From an uncultured Dehalococcoidales bacterium (lineage in GTDB: Bacteria > Chloroflexota > Dehalococcoidia > GIF9 > UBA5629): DNA of 64,000 nucleotides. Numbering within the stretch: position 1 is the stretch's first letter; every line of letters starts with the position of its first letter. This document shows positions 63,803 through 64,000 of this stretch, piece by piece. The notes below the pieces were generated by a model. It saw nothing but the letters and a program-made list of their open reading frames with translations, made no database searches and was not told where the DNA came from. The stretch lies in NCBI GenBank assembly GCA_964519615.1, contig CAZFIM010000001.1:37065-101064 (forward strand), given 5' to 3'. The translations under genes and the position numbers were made by a program.

Positions 63803-64000
63803 CTATGGAGGCAAGCGCTTGCCTGTTGTTAAATAACCAGCATTCCGAAACAGGAATTGTAACCTGCGGTCAAGTATTATCTGCCCGATGCTGTTCCTGT
63901 GAATATGATAGGTAACACCTTCCTGAAGTGAAGTTACGCGAACAGTAACACTGTTCTTTGAATCCGGCTTTACGCCATCAGCTACTTTAACAAAACCCTC
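63803..64000 (-). CDS. partial ORF running off the window end (unknown product)
   Basis: The minus frame is open from 64000 to the stop at 63803-63805 (..RVTSLQEGVTYHIHRNSIGQIILDRRLQFLFRNAGYLTTGKRLPP). Its start lies outside the window. Confidence 0.2.
   Translation of the reverse strand, partial: EGFVKVADGVKPDSKNSVTVRVTSLQEGVTYHIHRNSIGQIILDRRLQFLFRNAGYLTTGKRLPP

Overview
This 64 kb window reads as a single bacterial chromosomal segment. Core genes run about 52-57 % GC by eye. Two visibly AT-richer blocks stand out at roughly 31.5-41.5 kb and 61.6-63.5 kb.

The left end (1-13.9 kb) holds: a partial ORF entering from upstream; a membrane protein with two B-box-like zinc-finger motifs; a large membrane GGDEF/HD-GYP c-di-GMP protein; a CvpA-like protein; a MarR regulator with an FtsX-type permease and an ABC ATPase; plsY; an APC permease; a secreted protein with tandem Ig-like repeats; a dCTP-deaminase/dUTPase-family gene; and yjbQ.

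Between the surface-protein gene and the dCTP-deaminase gene lies a ~250 nt purine-rich, stop-poor, hairpin-rich segment. It has its own sigma70-like promoter and an intrinsic terminator. I read it as a candidate small RNA or leader of unknown class.

At 14.5-18.0 kb there is a cytoplasmic (no TAT signal) bis-MGD molybdoenzyme pair. Its subunit sizes (890 aa and 274 aa) and architecture match the pyrogallol-phloroglucinol transhydroxylase family.

At 20.3-31.5 kb a co-directional cluster joins methionine-salvage and SAM-cycle genes: mtnA, mtnP, a short 'core-MetE' (MetE C-terminal domain only), ahcY and metK. Mixed in are archaeal-type genes: a THEP1 NTPase overlapping an archaemetzincin, PGM/PMM, and a bifunctional SIS PGI/PMI.

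The 3' end of the PGI/PMI gene (31426-31457) is repeated with 31 of 32 identity plus indels at 41538-41578. These two copies bracket a ~10 kb AT-richer insert. The insert carries a FadH/enoate-reductase-like flavoenzyme, a second DMSO-reductase-family Mo/W enzyme with a 4-cluster ferredoxin subunit, a DctPQM TRAP transporter, and a divergent NarL/LuxR-type response regulator that is frameshifted.

From 41.6 to 61.4 kb on the minus strand runs an uninterrupted str-S10-spc-alpha ribosomal superoperon: rpsL-rpsG-fusA (no tuf), then rpsJ through rplQ, truA, rplM and rpsI. I also called the 37-aa rpmJ that the ORF track missed.

The right end is an AT-rich islet with a two-TM hypothetical gene, a NYN/LabA-like nuclease-domain gene, and a degraded RelE/ParE-like toxin-antitoxin remnant.

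No CRISPR array, rRNA or tRNA was seen. Gene content (core-MetE, archaeal-type enzymes) is reminiscent of Chloroflexota/Dehalococcoidia, but I cannot verify this.
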